Source: Deinococcota bacterium
Lineage (GTDB): Bacteria > Deinococcota > Deinococci > Deinococcales > Thermaceae
Direction of reading: 5' to 3'
Assembly: GCA_041695225.1 (NCBI GenBank)
Contig: JBGFRI010000003.1
Coordinates: 86,325-150,324 of the forward strand
DNA: 64,000 nucleotides
Below, in pieces: positions 9,806-18,540 of the stretch. Positions within the stretch are counted from its first letter, which is position 1, and each line of letters opens with the position of its first letter. Position numbers and translations under genes: made by a program. The notes under the pieces are model-generated. The model saw nothing but the letters and a program-made list of their open reading frames with translations. It had not been told where the DNA came from and searched no databases.

Positions 9806-10147
9806 GTGTTGATACGTCCGCGTTCCCGGATCCTATCCCTCTCGATTCGGATGCCTACCGGAGGCTTAATCCTCAGTGTAGCTTCCAGCGAAGAGGTTGT
9901 TCTGTCCCAGGCTACTACCGCAGGTGGGGAGGTCTTCCGCGAGATCCGTATCCGCGAATCCACTGGTTTCCGCAGCCTGCTTGAGGTAGTGGCCGAGACC
10001 TCCTTTGAGCAGTGGTTGCTGCAAAGTCAGGCTCACTATGAGCGCTTGATCGACAATGGGCAGGTGCGCCACCAGTGGCGGATGGGCAAAATGGGCGGCA
10101 AGGGGAAGGAGGCGCGGAAAGAGGTGGCCAATTCACAGCCAACCTAG
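9806..10147 (+). CDS. Hypothetical protein
   Basis: GAGGAGG RBS before GTG; follows the methylase. Confidence 0.5.
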   Translation: MLIRPRSRILSLSIRMPTGGLILSVASSEEVVLSQATTAGGEVFREIRIRESTGFRSLLEVVAETSFEQWLLQSQAHYERLIDNGQVRHQWRMGKMGGKGKEARKEVANSQPT

Positions 10148-10178
10148 TCTGCCCGGACTCTTCTACAATCACCTTATC

Positions 10179-10913
10179 CTAGCCTGCCAGGCACAGGGGC
10201 TTCTGTGTTTGTTGCCCAACATCGGGCATCTCATCCCAGGTACGGCCATCCAGAATCCGGCCACCCGCTTTTGGGTTCTCACCGCCCCACTGCTTGAAAA
10301 AGAAAGCAGCGCCCGCAGCGTGGGTCTGTTTTTTAATTGATCTTACCCAGCCAGCTTCAATGGGCCTGTGTCCCTGCCCTGACTCGCCGCCAACGATTAC
10401 CCAGTGGATGCCCTCAAGGTTCATCTCGAGCGGCCCCAGCAGTGGCTCACAGGAAAGAAACCTTATCTTGGCGGGCACTTTTCGCAGATAGTCAACTCGA
10501 TGGGCATACTTCTGGTTTTCGACTGAAACACCCATCCAGACATTATCTGGCCACTCAAACAGGGGTGCGAGTTCAACTAATCGCTCGTGGCGCTTGGTTA
10601 GAATCTGGTAGATATGATGGGGGGTTTCCCGCATGACTTGAAAGATGTTCTGAAGGTACGAAAAGGGCATCTGCTCGTGAAAAAGGTCGCTCATCGAATT
10701 GACAAAAACCCGACTGGGTTTGCGCCAGCGGCGGGGCTCATCTAGCCGGCCAGGATGCAAAGTAAAACGAAAGCCACTTTGAAAGTGCTGATGAAAGCGC
10801 TTGGTTATGGTTTCCGCATAGCAGTGCTTGCACCCAGGGCTTACCTTGGTGCATCCGGTACTTGGATTCCAGGTTTTGTCTGTCCATTCAATTCCTGTGT
10901 GTGCGCTGGCCAT
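10179..10913 (-). CDS. DUF5131 / phage Gp37-Gp68 family (three-Cys, radical-SAM-like) protein
   Basis: TGIEWTDKTWNP.TGCTKVSPGCKHCYA, FVNSMSDLFH, WVIVGGESG and FFFKQWGG. Confidence 0.92.
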   Translation of the reverse strand: MASAHTGIEWTDKTWNPSTGCTKVSPGCKHCYAETITKRFHQHFQSGFRFTLHPGRLDEPRRWRKPSRVFVNSMSDLFHEQMPFSYLQNIFQVMRETPHHIYQILTKRHERLVELAPLFEWPDNVWMGVSVENQKYAHRVDYLRKVPAKIRFLSCEPLLGPLEMNLEGIHWVIVGGESGQGHRPIEAGWVRSIKKQTHAAGAAFFFKQWGGENPKAGGRILDGRTWDEMPDVGQQTQKPLCLAG

Positions 10914-10988
10914 ACGCTCTAAACATAACAGCTTTTGAGCAGTGTTAAACGACTGCATCTCATGATGGTCGGTTGAGCTGAACAGCTA

Positions 10989-11052
10989 GGCAGAAATGCC
11001 CCTCCCCATCAGTGCCGGAGCTAGACCCGTAACAAGTTTAGGGATTCAGCCC
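10989..11052 (+). repeat. Copy of ~65-nt conserved element also found at ~35058-35125 and ~63500-63565 (both minus)
   Basis: GGCAGAAATGCC.CTCC.CATCAG.TG..G.AGCT.AG is shared by the three copies. Confidence 0.7.
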
Positions 11053-11064
11053 CAAAATGTAACA

Positions 11065-11092
11065 AAAGAGGGGTTGCAAAACCCCTCTTTTT
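11065..11092. terminator. Bidirectional terminator
   Basis: AAAAGAGGGGTT-GCAA-AACCCCTCTTTT. Confidence 0.8.
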
Positions 11093-11103
11093 CCTACCTG
11101 TGC

Positions 11104-12405
11104 CTACAGGTTGACTAGCTGGTGCGTAACAACCAGCTGGGTCAAACCTTCCCGGGCAACCCGCTGCTGCAGTTCTTCACGACTACCTCGGGCGATGATT
11201 TGTTTCCTCTCTGGCAGATCGGCTGATCCTATGGCCCATCGACCACCCGCAGCACCACCCAGCATGTAGTGCGCCCCATCCACACAACCCAGATACTCCA
11301 TAGGAGTATAAATCCGGTTGGGTGCTGGCAACGCCGCAAGGCTTAAGACCCCAGCCTCAATGACGGGCATGACCTCTCTGGGCAATGGCTGACGTACTTG
11401 CCAGTGCTTGTTTGCCCGATCATGGAAAAGCCAGGTAACCCCACCTTGCCGAGTCTTCAACAGGAGCCAGCACCCATGCTGATGGACCTGGGCCCATTTA
11501 GTGCGCAAGACCCCTTTGGGAAGTCTGGCTCCAGAAGTTGCCACAACCCAGAATGCACAGCTTGGGTCGTCGGGGCGCAAATGGCCTGCCTTGAGCAAAA
11601 CCCCCAGCCGCTTCTTGTGGAAAGGCCAGATCTTTTCGATCAGGCCTGGCCCGACAAGCCAGAGCGCCTTGTCCGGATCCTCCGTTATGGCCCAGGTCTG
11701 GTCCTCGCGCTGCCAGGTTCGTTCGATCCGGTGGTTGTCGGGCAGCTGCGGATAGGCGTACAGCAGCCGTAGCCGGTTGACATTGACGAAGCGCTCCAGA
11801 TCCTGGCAGAGTTCCTCCAGCGTTTCCGCTGCTTGCTGGTGGAGCCAGGCTCTAAACCCCTCCAGAAGTTGTAGCGACCGGTCTTCCCCACCGTATATGG
11901 AGATATTCAACAAACCCTTCCCCTGGCGATCATGCAGATGGCCATTAATCAGGAGGTAGTTTTTCCTTACGACCAGATTGCAGATACCCAGGTAGCTTTC
12001 CCCGGAGGTCTGAACCAGCAGTTCCAGGCCTGGCCGGTGGTTCGGCGACAGGGCCGGCTGGGGCCGGGCCAGCTCAGCTGCTACCTGGGTCGGAGTGGCC
12101 AGCCGGCCCAGATAATAGACCAGCCGGGAGTCCTCCAGCCCCAGCCGTGCGCTGATCGGGACGTACCGGTCTGGCAGCGCAACTCCCCTGGCCCGGAAGT
12201 AAAGCAGGTGGGCTGCCCGAAAAAGGGGACATTCCTCGGCATTAAGACCATAAGTGCCGGTCTTCGGCTCCAGCCAGGCGGCCAGCTCCTCCACTTCAGG
12301 GTTGCTTAGCAAGGGGTACTCCTCGGGTTCCAGCCAGAGAGAAAAAGATGGCAGGTCCTTGTAGGACATCTGCGGGCCGTTGTCGGTGTAACACACTTTT
12401 AGCAT
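11104..12405 (-). CDS. Unknown ~400-aa paralog family member 2
   Basis: YTDNGP N-terminus, HLLYFRARG..P..Y.P, WLVGPG, GHLRPDDP and the C-terminal family motif; GATAGGAGG module upstream. Confidence 0.85.
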   Translation of the reverse strand: MLKVCYTDNGPQMSYKDLPSFSLWLEPEEYPLLSNPEVEELAAWLEPKTGTYGLNAEECPLFRAAHLLYFRARGVALPDRYVPISARLGLEDSRLVYYLGRLATPTQVAAELARPQPALSPNHRPGLELLVQTSGESYLGICNLVVRKNYLLINGHLHDRQGKGLLNISIYGGEDRSLQLLEGFRAWLHQQAAETLEELCQDLERFVNVNRLRLLYAYPQLPDNHRIERTWQREDQTWAITEDPDKALWLVGPGLIEKIWPFHKKRLGVLLKAGHLRPDDPSCAFWVVATSGARLPKGVLRTKWAQVHQHGCWLLLKTRQGGVTWLFHDRANKHWQVRQPLPREVMPVIEAGVLSLAALPAPNRIYTPMEYLGCVDGAHYMLGGAAGGRWAIGSADLPERKQIIARGSREELQQRVAREGLTQLVVTHQLVNL

Positions 12406-12701
12406 GATTCTCCTCCTATCAAGACGTAATATATACTACTCAGAGCAACCTTGGAAAGCGCCACTCCTGTTACCAGCATTCTTACACCCAAACTTGCAAC
12501 AGCCACCACGCTACCCTGACCTCCTCCCTTCCTGGTCTGGTTGAATGTGCAGGCGCAAGCACAGGCGCTTGTGCTGAAGTGAGATTGTCATATAGGGGAT
12601 AGAGGAGAGAAAGTTCTCTCAATGTAAGGTAGGGAGTAAAATAAAGCGTAAAGAGTAAAAGATCACTATGGTGATATACTGGGTGGCGATAGGAGGCTAC
12701 C

Positions 12702-14090
12702 ATGAAATATACGCAAGAAGAGCTAAGTAGCCCTGCTGTCTACCAGCAGGACCCGGCACTGGCTACCCTGGCCCGCCGGCTGGCCGATGCCAGCTACGAG
12801 CGCGAAGGCCGGGGGCAGATGGGTATGGGCGAGTACAAGCGCCTCTTCCTCTCCGGTCAACGGGCTGAGCAGGTCTACGCTGCGCTGTTAGAGCAGGAAG
12901 CAGCCCAGCAGCGTAGCGAGGCGGCCCGCGAGGCGGCCCGGACCCGGCGGGAAAAGCCCGTCAACCAGGTGGCGGAAGCCCCCACCAGCTTGCCCAGGGG
13001 TGAGCCGGGCCAGTTCACCCTCGAGGTAGTGAAGCGAGGGCGGCTGTACTGGGCGGTCCGGTTACCCGGAAAGGAGTACCAGATGCGGGCCGCGATCAAC
13101 ACCGAAAGCCAGCACTGGGCAGAGGGTCAGACCGTTACCTTCAGCGGGGTAAAACAGCAAGACCACTCCCGCTACGGCACCCAGACGACCTATATCCCGG
13201 TCACTTCCGCGCTGGTGGAGGCCGCTGCGGCCCAGTGGGCCCGTGCTAAAGCCGAGCCGGTTGTACAGGAGATCGAGCGGGCTGCTACCGAGGGCTGGTA
13301 TCCCGATCTCAAGGCCGACAAGGTGCAACAACTGGCCGGCAACTTCTTCAATGACCGGCTAGCGGCAGCCCAGCAGTTGGCCGGCAAGGTCAGGGCCGAG
13401 CAGGAGGCCAGGCGCTCTGCCGAGAAGGCTGCCCAACGGCAGCGCTGGGCGGAGGAGAAGGCCGCCCGCAAGCCTGAGCCGGCCCAGATCCGCCACCTGA
13501 CCGCTGTCGAGACCGCCTATCCCCTGAATGAGCCAGTGCGGCTCTGGAACAAGGTGGTGGTTTTTACCGGCAACGGCAAATGGGTACGGATCAGCGAGGA
13601 CGACCCCTCGCTCTGGGGCCACCACCTGCTGGGCTTCGAGGGAAGCCGGGGCTTCATCCAGTATGGTCGCCCCGCTACTCCGGAGGAGACTGCTGACCTC
13701 GAGGCCCGCGAGGCCCGGGCAAAAGCCCTCAACCAGATAAGGCGGGAAGGGCTGAAGAGGCTGGAGGAGCTGTACCGTGAGGTCAGGGTAGGGGAGAACA
13801 TGCTGCCCCATGAGCCGACCCACGATCCCCGAAGCCTCGGGGCAGAAGCGATCAGCTGGAACAACCGTTCGGCCATCTACGGCACCGAGTTCTACCTGAT
13901 CCTGGATGTCGTGGACGGCCAGCACTGGATCTACGCGGTGGACCGCAACCACGCGGACGGGGATGACTGGAGCCGGAACAATACCTTTCTGGGTATTACC
14001 TGGCGGCGGGCCTCGAGCCCGGCGGAGCACCAGCAGGTCCGGCGCTGGCTGGCCCAGCACCAGAAGCCCGAGGACTTCCTTGGAGAGTAA
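12702..14090 (+). CDS. Hypothetical protein (462 aa)
   Basis: Long ORF with TATACT-N7-GATAGGAGG upstream and a terminator hairpin at ~14101-14123. Confidence 0.8.
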   Translation: MKYTQEELSSPAVYQQDPALATLARRLADASYEREGRGQMGMGEYKRLFLSGQRAEQVYAALLEQEAAQQRSEAAREAARTRREKPVNQVAEAPTSLPRGEPGQFTLEVVKRGRLYWAVRLPGKEYQMRAAINTESQHWAEGQTVTFSGVKQQDHSRYGTQTTYIPVTSALVEAAAAQWARAKAEPVVQEIERAATEGWYPDLKADKVQQLAGNFFNDRLAAAQQLAGKVRAEQEARRSAEKAAQRQRWAEEKAARKPEPAQIRHLTAVETAYPLNEPVRLWNKVVVFTGNGKWVRISEDDPSLWGHHLLGFEGSRGFIQYGRPATPEETADLEAREARAKALNQIRREGLKRLEELYREVRVGENMLPHEPTHDPRSLGAEAISWNNRSAIYGTEFYLILDVVDGQHWIYAVDRNHADGDDWSRNNTFLGITWRRASSPAEHQQVRRWLAQHQKPEDFLGE

Positions 14091-14201
14091 CAGACCAAAG
14101 GACCCCCTGGCTACCAGGGGGTCAATGTTAAGAAGACCGGGATGCTACTCGAAGCCATTCATCCACACCACCAGCACAAGCGCCTCTTGTTCCTGGAGAA
14201 T

Positions 14202-14238
14202 GTCAACCACCCCTTCCTGAAGGGAGAGGTTTCTCGCG
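14202..14238 (+). mobile_element. Possible solo IS200/IS605 (IscB/HEARO-type) end hairpin
   Basis: GTCAACCACCCCTTCCTGAAGGGAGAGGTTTC resembles the GTCAACYACCCC...TRAAG... start of IscB-type elements; no ORF follows. Confidence 0.35.
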
Positions 14239-14313
14239 TAACATTATGAGCCTCCACAAAACGATTCTGGCTTCGTAGGTGGCTGGTATACTATTCCCCG
14301 ATAGGAGGACAAA

Positions 14314-15468
14314 ATGATCGAGATTCAATACACCGCCATCGGCCCCCGGATCTCCTTCCGGGGTCAGGATCTGGGCTACCTGTGGGATGAAAAGCCCGCA
14401 GTATGGCCTAAGCTCTCAAGGCAGGATCTGATTGACCTGGCCCAGGGCCAGGACTGGCTTCCAGCAAGGAAGCTCCACCAGGTGTTCTTCTGGGCCAACC
14501 AGAAGGAGATGCCAGAAGATTACCGGCCTTTAGGAGCAGTCCTGGGCTCACTAAGTAATCTTGAATCGGCCCAGCTCTGCTTCCTGGGCTATCCCACCAC
14601 CCCAGAGGAAATCAAGGCTAACTGGAAGGCGGCAAGCCGGGGAATGTTGCGAGGATTCTATCTGCGCCTCAAGGCATGGCTGGCAAATCCAGTCTCGGAC
14701 TTTGACATCCGGGGGGCCCTGGCGGAATCTGATCGACCCCATCCTCAAGTACGGGGCAAGGATCTGTCCCAGGGCCGGGCAGTATGGCTAGATCCTGGTT
14801 CCAGCGACCAGGACCAGGACTGGTTGACCGTTGAGCCTGCCTGGCTGCGAGGCGACAAGCTCTGGGGGTTTGCACATTCCCCCAGAACGCGGCGGATCTG
14901 GCTAGTAGGGCCGGAACTGGCCGCACTGGTCTCACCTGCTAATAAAGAGGTTCTTCAAGACCTTTTCCGGCAGGGGCATCTTCGCCTGGACGATCCCACG
15001 GTCTATCTCTGGCTCCAGGCCACCTCCGGCGAGGCAGTACCGGGGGTTGGGCCAACTCACTATGTTCGGGGGTGTCAGATTGGCAAGCGGTATGTCCTGA
15101 GAACCAGTTACGGGCACTGGGATGCTTGGCAGCCCGGTGGGGAGATCACCAAACTTTCCCAACTGGATGTTGAGGAGACCACCCGGCTCTTCGAGCAGGT
15201 GGGACCGCAGGCGGTGGCTCAACTGGTGTTTGAGCTAACTCGCAATAGCCACTCTGAGACTAGTTCTGCTTACTTCCTGGGCCTGGGCCGGCATAAAAAG
15301 CAGGCCTGGTTTGCCGGAAATCTCGCTGGGATTGGGTGGAGGTTGACCAGCCCTCAGCTGGGTGGGCAGACCGTCCTGGAGACCTGCTCGCTGGAAGAGC
15401 TACTCAGGGAGGTAGAACGGGTCGGGCTAGACGGGCTGCTGGCCATACACCGGCTGGCCAGGCTCTAG
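14314..15468 (+). CDS. Unknown ~400-aa paralog family member 3
   Basis: Family motifs; 14298-14513 is identical to 19922-20137. Confidence 0.85.
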   Translation: MIEIQYTAIGPRISFRGQDLGYLWDEKPAVWPKLSRQDLIDLAQGQDWLPARKLHQVFFWANQKEMPEDYRPLGAVLGSLSNLESAQLCFLGYPTTPEEIKANWKAASRGMLRGFYLRLKAWLANPVSDFDIRGALAESDRPHPQVRGKDLSQGRAVWLDPGSSDQDQDWLTVEPAWLRGDKLWGFAHSPRTRRIWLVGPELAALVSPANKEVLQDLFRQGHLRLDDPTVYLWLQATSGEAVPGVGPTHYVRGCQIGKRYVLRTSYGHWDAWQPGGEITKLSQLDVEETTRLFEQVGPQAVAQLVFELTRNSHSETSSAYFLGLGRHKKQAWFAGNLAGIGWRLTSPQLGGQTVLETCSLEELLREVERVGLDGLLAIHRLARL

Positions 15469-15608
15469 GAACAGAGACCATAGATGGACCGCACCCCAGG
15501 GTGCGGTCTTCTGTTGCTGTACTTTTCGGTGGAGTCTGGTAGTGCTACGGGACTTGTTAAGCATTAGGGAGTGTGGTAAGTTTGTGGTTAGTGAGAGGGA
15601 CCAAATCT

Positions 15609-15842
15609 ATGACACAGCCGCTGGAGCATTACCTGAAGCTACACTACCCTGCTACTCTGGTTGCGGAGCCGGAAGGGGGCTACACTGCGCTGATTCCCGA
15701 TCTGCCTGGCTGTGTTACGGTGGGACAGACGGGGGACCAGGCTATGGAGATGCTTGAGGATGCCCGGCATCTGTGGCTCGAGACCGCCTATCAGTATGGA
15801 GATGCCATCCCCCTCCCCAACATCGCTGGTCAGGACCAATAA
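15609..15842 (+). CDS. hicB: HicB-like antitoxin (RNase H-like domain only), no adjacent hicA
   Basis: EGGYTALIPDLPGCVTVGQT...AMEMLEDA...W......IPLP. Confidence 0.85.
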   Translation: MTQPLEHYLKLHYPATLVAEPEGGYTALIPDLPGCVTVGQTGDQAMEMLEDARHLWLETAYQYGDAIPLPNIAGQDQ

Positions 15843-15929
15843 AGGAGAGAGCATAGAACTACGCAAAAACCTCCGCATGGTAAAAGAAAGCCCGGTCAGT
15901 GAGGAGCTGGAGGAGCCAGTGGAGGACTA

Positions 15930-16880
15930 GTGCTGCTCGAGGCCACCCCTTTTGACAACCCCAGCAGCCGCCGCCAGATCATAGAGGAGGCCCTGCACGG
16001 CTGGGACCGCCAGCGCATGGCCGGGGCGGTGGTCTATGCCAGCCAGCTTTTTGGCTGGCACGAGCGGCAGACCTTGAACGTGCTGCACAATCTATTCTAC
16101 TGGCTAGGGGAGCAAGGCTATCGCTGGGAGGCCCTGCCCCCCAATGCGCTGCTGCTCTTCTGGCAGGAGATCACCACCCAGCGGCCACCCCTTTCCCAGC
16201 GGCCGCTCAAACGGGACTTCACCCTCTATGCCTGGTGGCGGGGGCTGCGGCGGGTACTGGAGGTAATCCAGTGGGGAGGGGTCAAACTGCCCCCACTGGA
16301 ACTGCCTCCCAAGCCGAGCTATGCCATGGTGCGACCCCATTTACAGGAGCGAGAGTTTGAAGCGCTTTTAGCCGGGGCCCAGCAGCACCCCGACGGGCGG
16401 CTGCGGCGGCTGGGGGTAGCGGTGCTCTACCTGCTGGGGGAAACAGGGCTCTGGCCTCAGGAGCTTTTTACCCTCCGGCTGGGGGACTTTGACCCAGCGG
16501 GGCCAAGTCTGCAGGTGCGAGGCCAGAAGGCCCGCATGGTGCCGTTAAGCAAGGAGGCGGCCCGGGCACTGAGCGTCTACCTGGAAGACCGGGAAGCGGT
16601 GGTCTCGCTAACCCCGCTCCCCAGTCCCTATCTGCTGGTGCGTATGACCAATAAGAAAGGCGGTCTCGGCAAGCCCTTCAACCTGAACAGTCTGCGGCCA
16701 TTGCTGGGGCGGGCTGCCGAGATAGCTGGGGTCTTCCCGGAGCGGATGGTGGGCAGTCTGCGCTGGCGGGCAGTACGGCGCTATCTGCGCCAGGGACACC
16801 CCCCGGCTGAGGTGGCCACCCGGATGGGACTCTCAAGTGTAGCCCAATTGGCGCGGGAACAGACTGCAGAAAGATATTAA
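15930..16880 (+). CDS. Tyrosine-recombinase-fold protein with degenerate active site
   Basis: Box I ETGLWPQELFTL (R to W), VRGQKARMVPL, box II GSLRWR (no first H), no C-terminal H or Y. Confidence 0.75.
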   Translation: MLLEATPFDNPSSRRQIIEEALHGWDRQRMAGAVVYASQLFGWHERQTLNVLHNLFYWLGEQGYRWEALPPNALLLFWQEITTQRPPLSQRPLKRDFTLYAWWRGLRRVLEVIQWGGVKLPPLELPPKPSYAMVRPHLQEREFEALLAGAQQHPDGRLRRLGVAVLYLLGETGLWPQELFTLRLGDFDPAGPSLQVRGQKARMVPLSKEAARALSVYLEDREAVVSLTPLPSPYLLVRMTNKKGGLGKPFNLNSLRPLLGRAAEIAGVFPERMVGSLRWRAVRRYLRQGHPPAEVATRMGLSSVAQLAREQTAERY

Positions 16881-17473
16881 AGCTGCTTGCTCACCCGTCT
16901 ACGGACAACCGGGGCTGGCGGCGGGGGAGCAGGCTTTTCTAAAACCGGCTGTTTTGGAGCTGGCGCCGGCTTCTTCACGGGCTTAGCTGGTTCTGGGCGC
17001 GGCTTCCTGACAATCTCAGGCCAGTCCAGCGGATAGGCTCGTTCGGCAACCAGCTGCATCCCCTCCAGGCGTCCATCCACCCGGTAAGGCTTGTTGAGTT
17101 CCAGGTGCTCGGTAAGTTCCGGCGCCCGTCTGAGATGGATGCGAAAAGGTTTTCCCTTCTTTGCCCTGGGCTCGATCCGAAGAGTAAGGGTTGCGTCCGT
17201 AACCCGCAGCAAAATCCCCTGCACACGGACTACCGAGTCTGGCGCCTGTTTTACACGGCCCGCCAGGGTCAGGGAGGTAATCTCGCCAGCGGTATTCGTG
17301 CGGGGCCAGTGGCTATAGATACCTTCTCCCACCAGATGCTCCGGCTCAACATAGGCCTGGCCTCCCAGCCGGACCTCCAAGCCCGCAGGAAGACAGGGGG
17401 AGCTGAACCGTCCTTCCTCAAAGCGGCCTGGCAAAAGGAGTGTCGCCTGAAACATAACTGGTGAGGCAGACAT
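16877..17473 (-). CDS. Hypothetical protein with Pro/Lys-rich tail
   Basis: ORF with TAGACT -10 box 6 nt before ATG (leaderless). Confidence 0.7.
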   Translation of the reverse strand: MSASPVMFQATLLLPGRFEEGRFSSPCLPAGLEVRLGGQAYVEPEHLVGEGIYSHWPRTNTAGEITSLTLAGRVKQAPDSVVRVQGILLRVTDATLTLRIEPRAKKGKPFRIHLRRAPELTEHLELNKPYRVDGRLEGMQLVAERAYPLDWPEIVRKPRPEPAKPVKKPAPAPKQPVLEKPAPPPPAPVVRRRVSKQL

Positions 17474-17504
17474 ATTTTCAGTCTAGCAAAATCCAGCAGC
17501 TTCT

Positions 17505-18149
17505 CTACAACTCATGCAACCGATAAATCGTCAGCAGCTCCGGATAAGACGGCTGGGCCCAGTCCTCAAGTACCTGCCGCAGAGAGAGTCGCGCTGGCAG
17601 GGGATAGCGGTTCAGTACGATGGGGCCCAGATGGGTAGCAACCAGGTGGGCCCGGTCAACCGTGAGCAGAACTGCCCCACCCCGGCTTACGTCGTAGTCA
17701 CGAACCGGCGGCTGATTCAGCATCAACGGAGTCTGGAAGGCAGGCGGGAGCTTTTCCTGCCAGCTTGAGTAGTAACTGGCAGGATCTTTCGCAAAAACCC
17801 GGTGCCAGCGGCGCAGAGCCAGCCGGTTGCAAGCCTGGGTGTAGGTTCGGGCCCGCTCGGGAATAACCTCCAGAATCTCCGAACCCGCCGGACTAAAAAA
17901 GGGATCTTTAAGTGGGTACTCCATTGTATGTGCGCTTAGAACAAAACAGCGCTGGTTGCGCAGCTGTTTCCAGGCCAGTCTGCCCACCAGCGCCGGGCCT
18001 TTAGCTGGATGATACAAGACCCAGCGCAAGCAACCTCGCGGCCAGGCCAGGTAAGCCTGCAAGCCAATCTGGCCTTCAGAAAAAGGCTCCAGTAGGGAAG
18101 CCAGCTCTTGATAGCTTCGACCGTAATGTTTTTCCTGGCTCAATCCCAT
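17505..18149 (-). CDS. Hypothetical protein
   Basis: Overlaps the upstream ORF; C-terminus ELLTIYRLHEL weakly resembles the paralog-family tail. Confidence 0.6.
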   Translation of the reverse strand: MGLSQEKHYGRSYQELASLLEPFSEGQIGLQAYLAWPRGCLRWVLYHPAKGPALVGRLAWKQLRNQRCFVLSAHTMEYPLKDPFFSPAGSEILEVIPERARTYTQACNRLALRRWHRVFAKDPASYYSSWQEKLPPAFQTPLMLNQPPVRDYDVSRGGAVLLTVDRAHLVATHLGPIVLNRYPLPARLSLRQVLEDWAQPSYPELLTIYRLHEL

Positions 18150-18412
18150 AGTTGACCCAGGCGGGCCTTTACCAGACGCATTGGCAGCATATCATCCGGC
18201 TGGGAATCATCCTGCATGACTTCGCGCAGATCCGCCAGCGAGACTGCAAGACCCTGCTTGAACAAAGCCCGGCGTACTGCCTCCGGGGTCCAGTCCGGGT
18301 GACGCATCTGGAGCTGCTCGACCCGTCGGCGCAATACTGAATCATGCCTGGACAGCAAAAAAGCGGGACCCTTTTCGGGCAAGGGAAGTTGGGTTAGCAC
18401 ACTGTGACTCAT
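18140..18412 (-). CDS. Small hypothetical protein, possibly HTH-like
   Basis: GAAGGAG RBS; helical pattern HPDWTPEAVRRAL...GLAVS. Confidence 0.6.
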   Translation of the reverse strand: MSHSVLTQLPLPEKGPAFLLSRHDSVLRRRVEQLQMRHPDWTPEAVRRALFKQGLAVSLADLREVMQDDSQPDDMLPMRLVKARLGQLWD

Positions 18413-18540
18413 TCTGTGACTCCTTCCAGGATAATCTCCTGTCAGGTTCTAATATAGCAATACATTACCTGGAACGCAACTAAAGACACAGTAGAAGAAG
18501 GCCGCACTTCACAAGTGCGGCCCGTCCATTGTTCCTGTTC

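Noticed and set aside
5943..10970. Recurring TCTCATGA-like words (5943, 8795, 10958, also 40260)
   Set aside because: Short and inconsistently placed; cannot be distinguished from background without statistics.
12590..12665. Purine-rich low-complexity intergenic tract and the 73-aa minus ORF over it
   Set aside because: No RBS, repeat unit or structure to support a feature.
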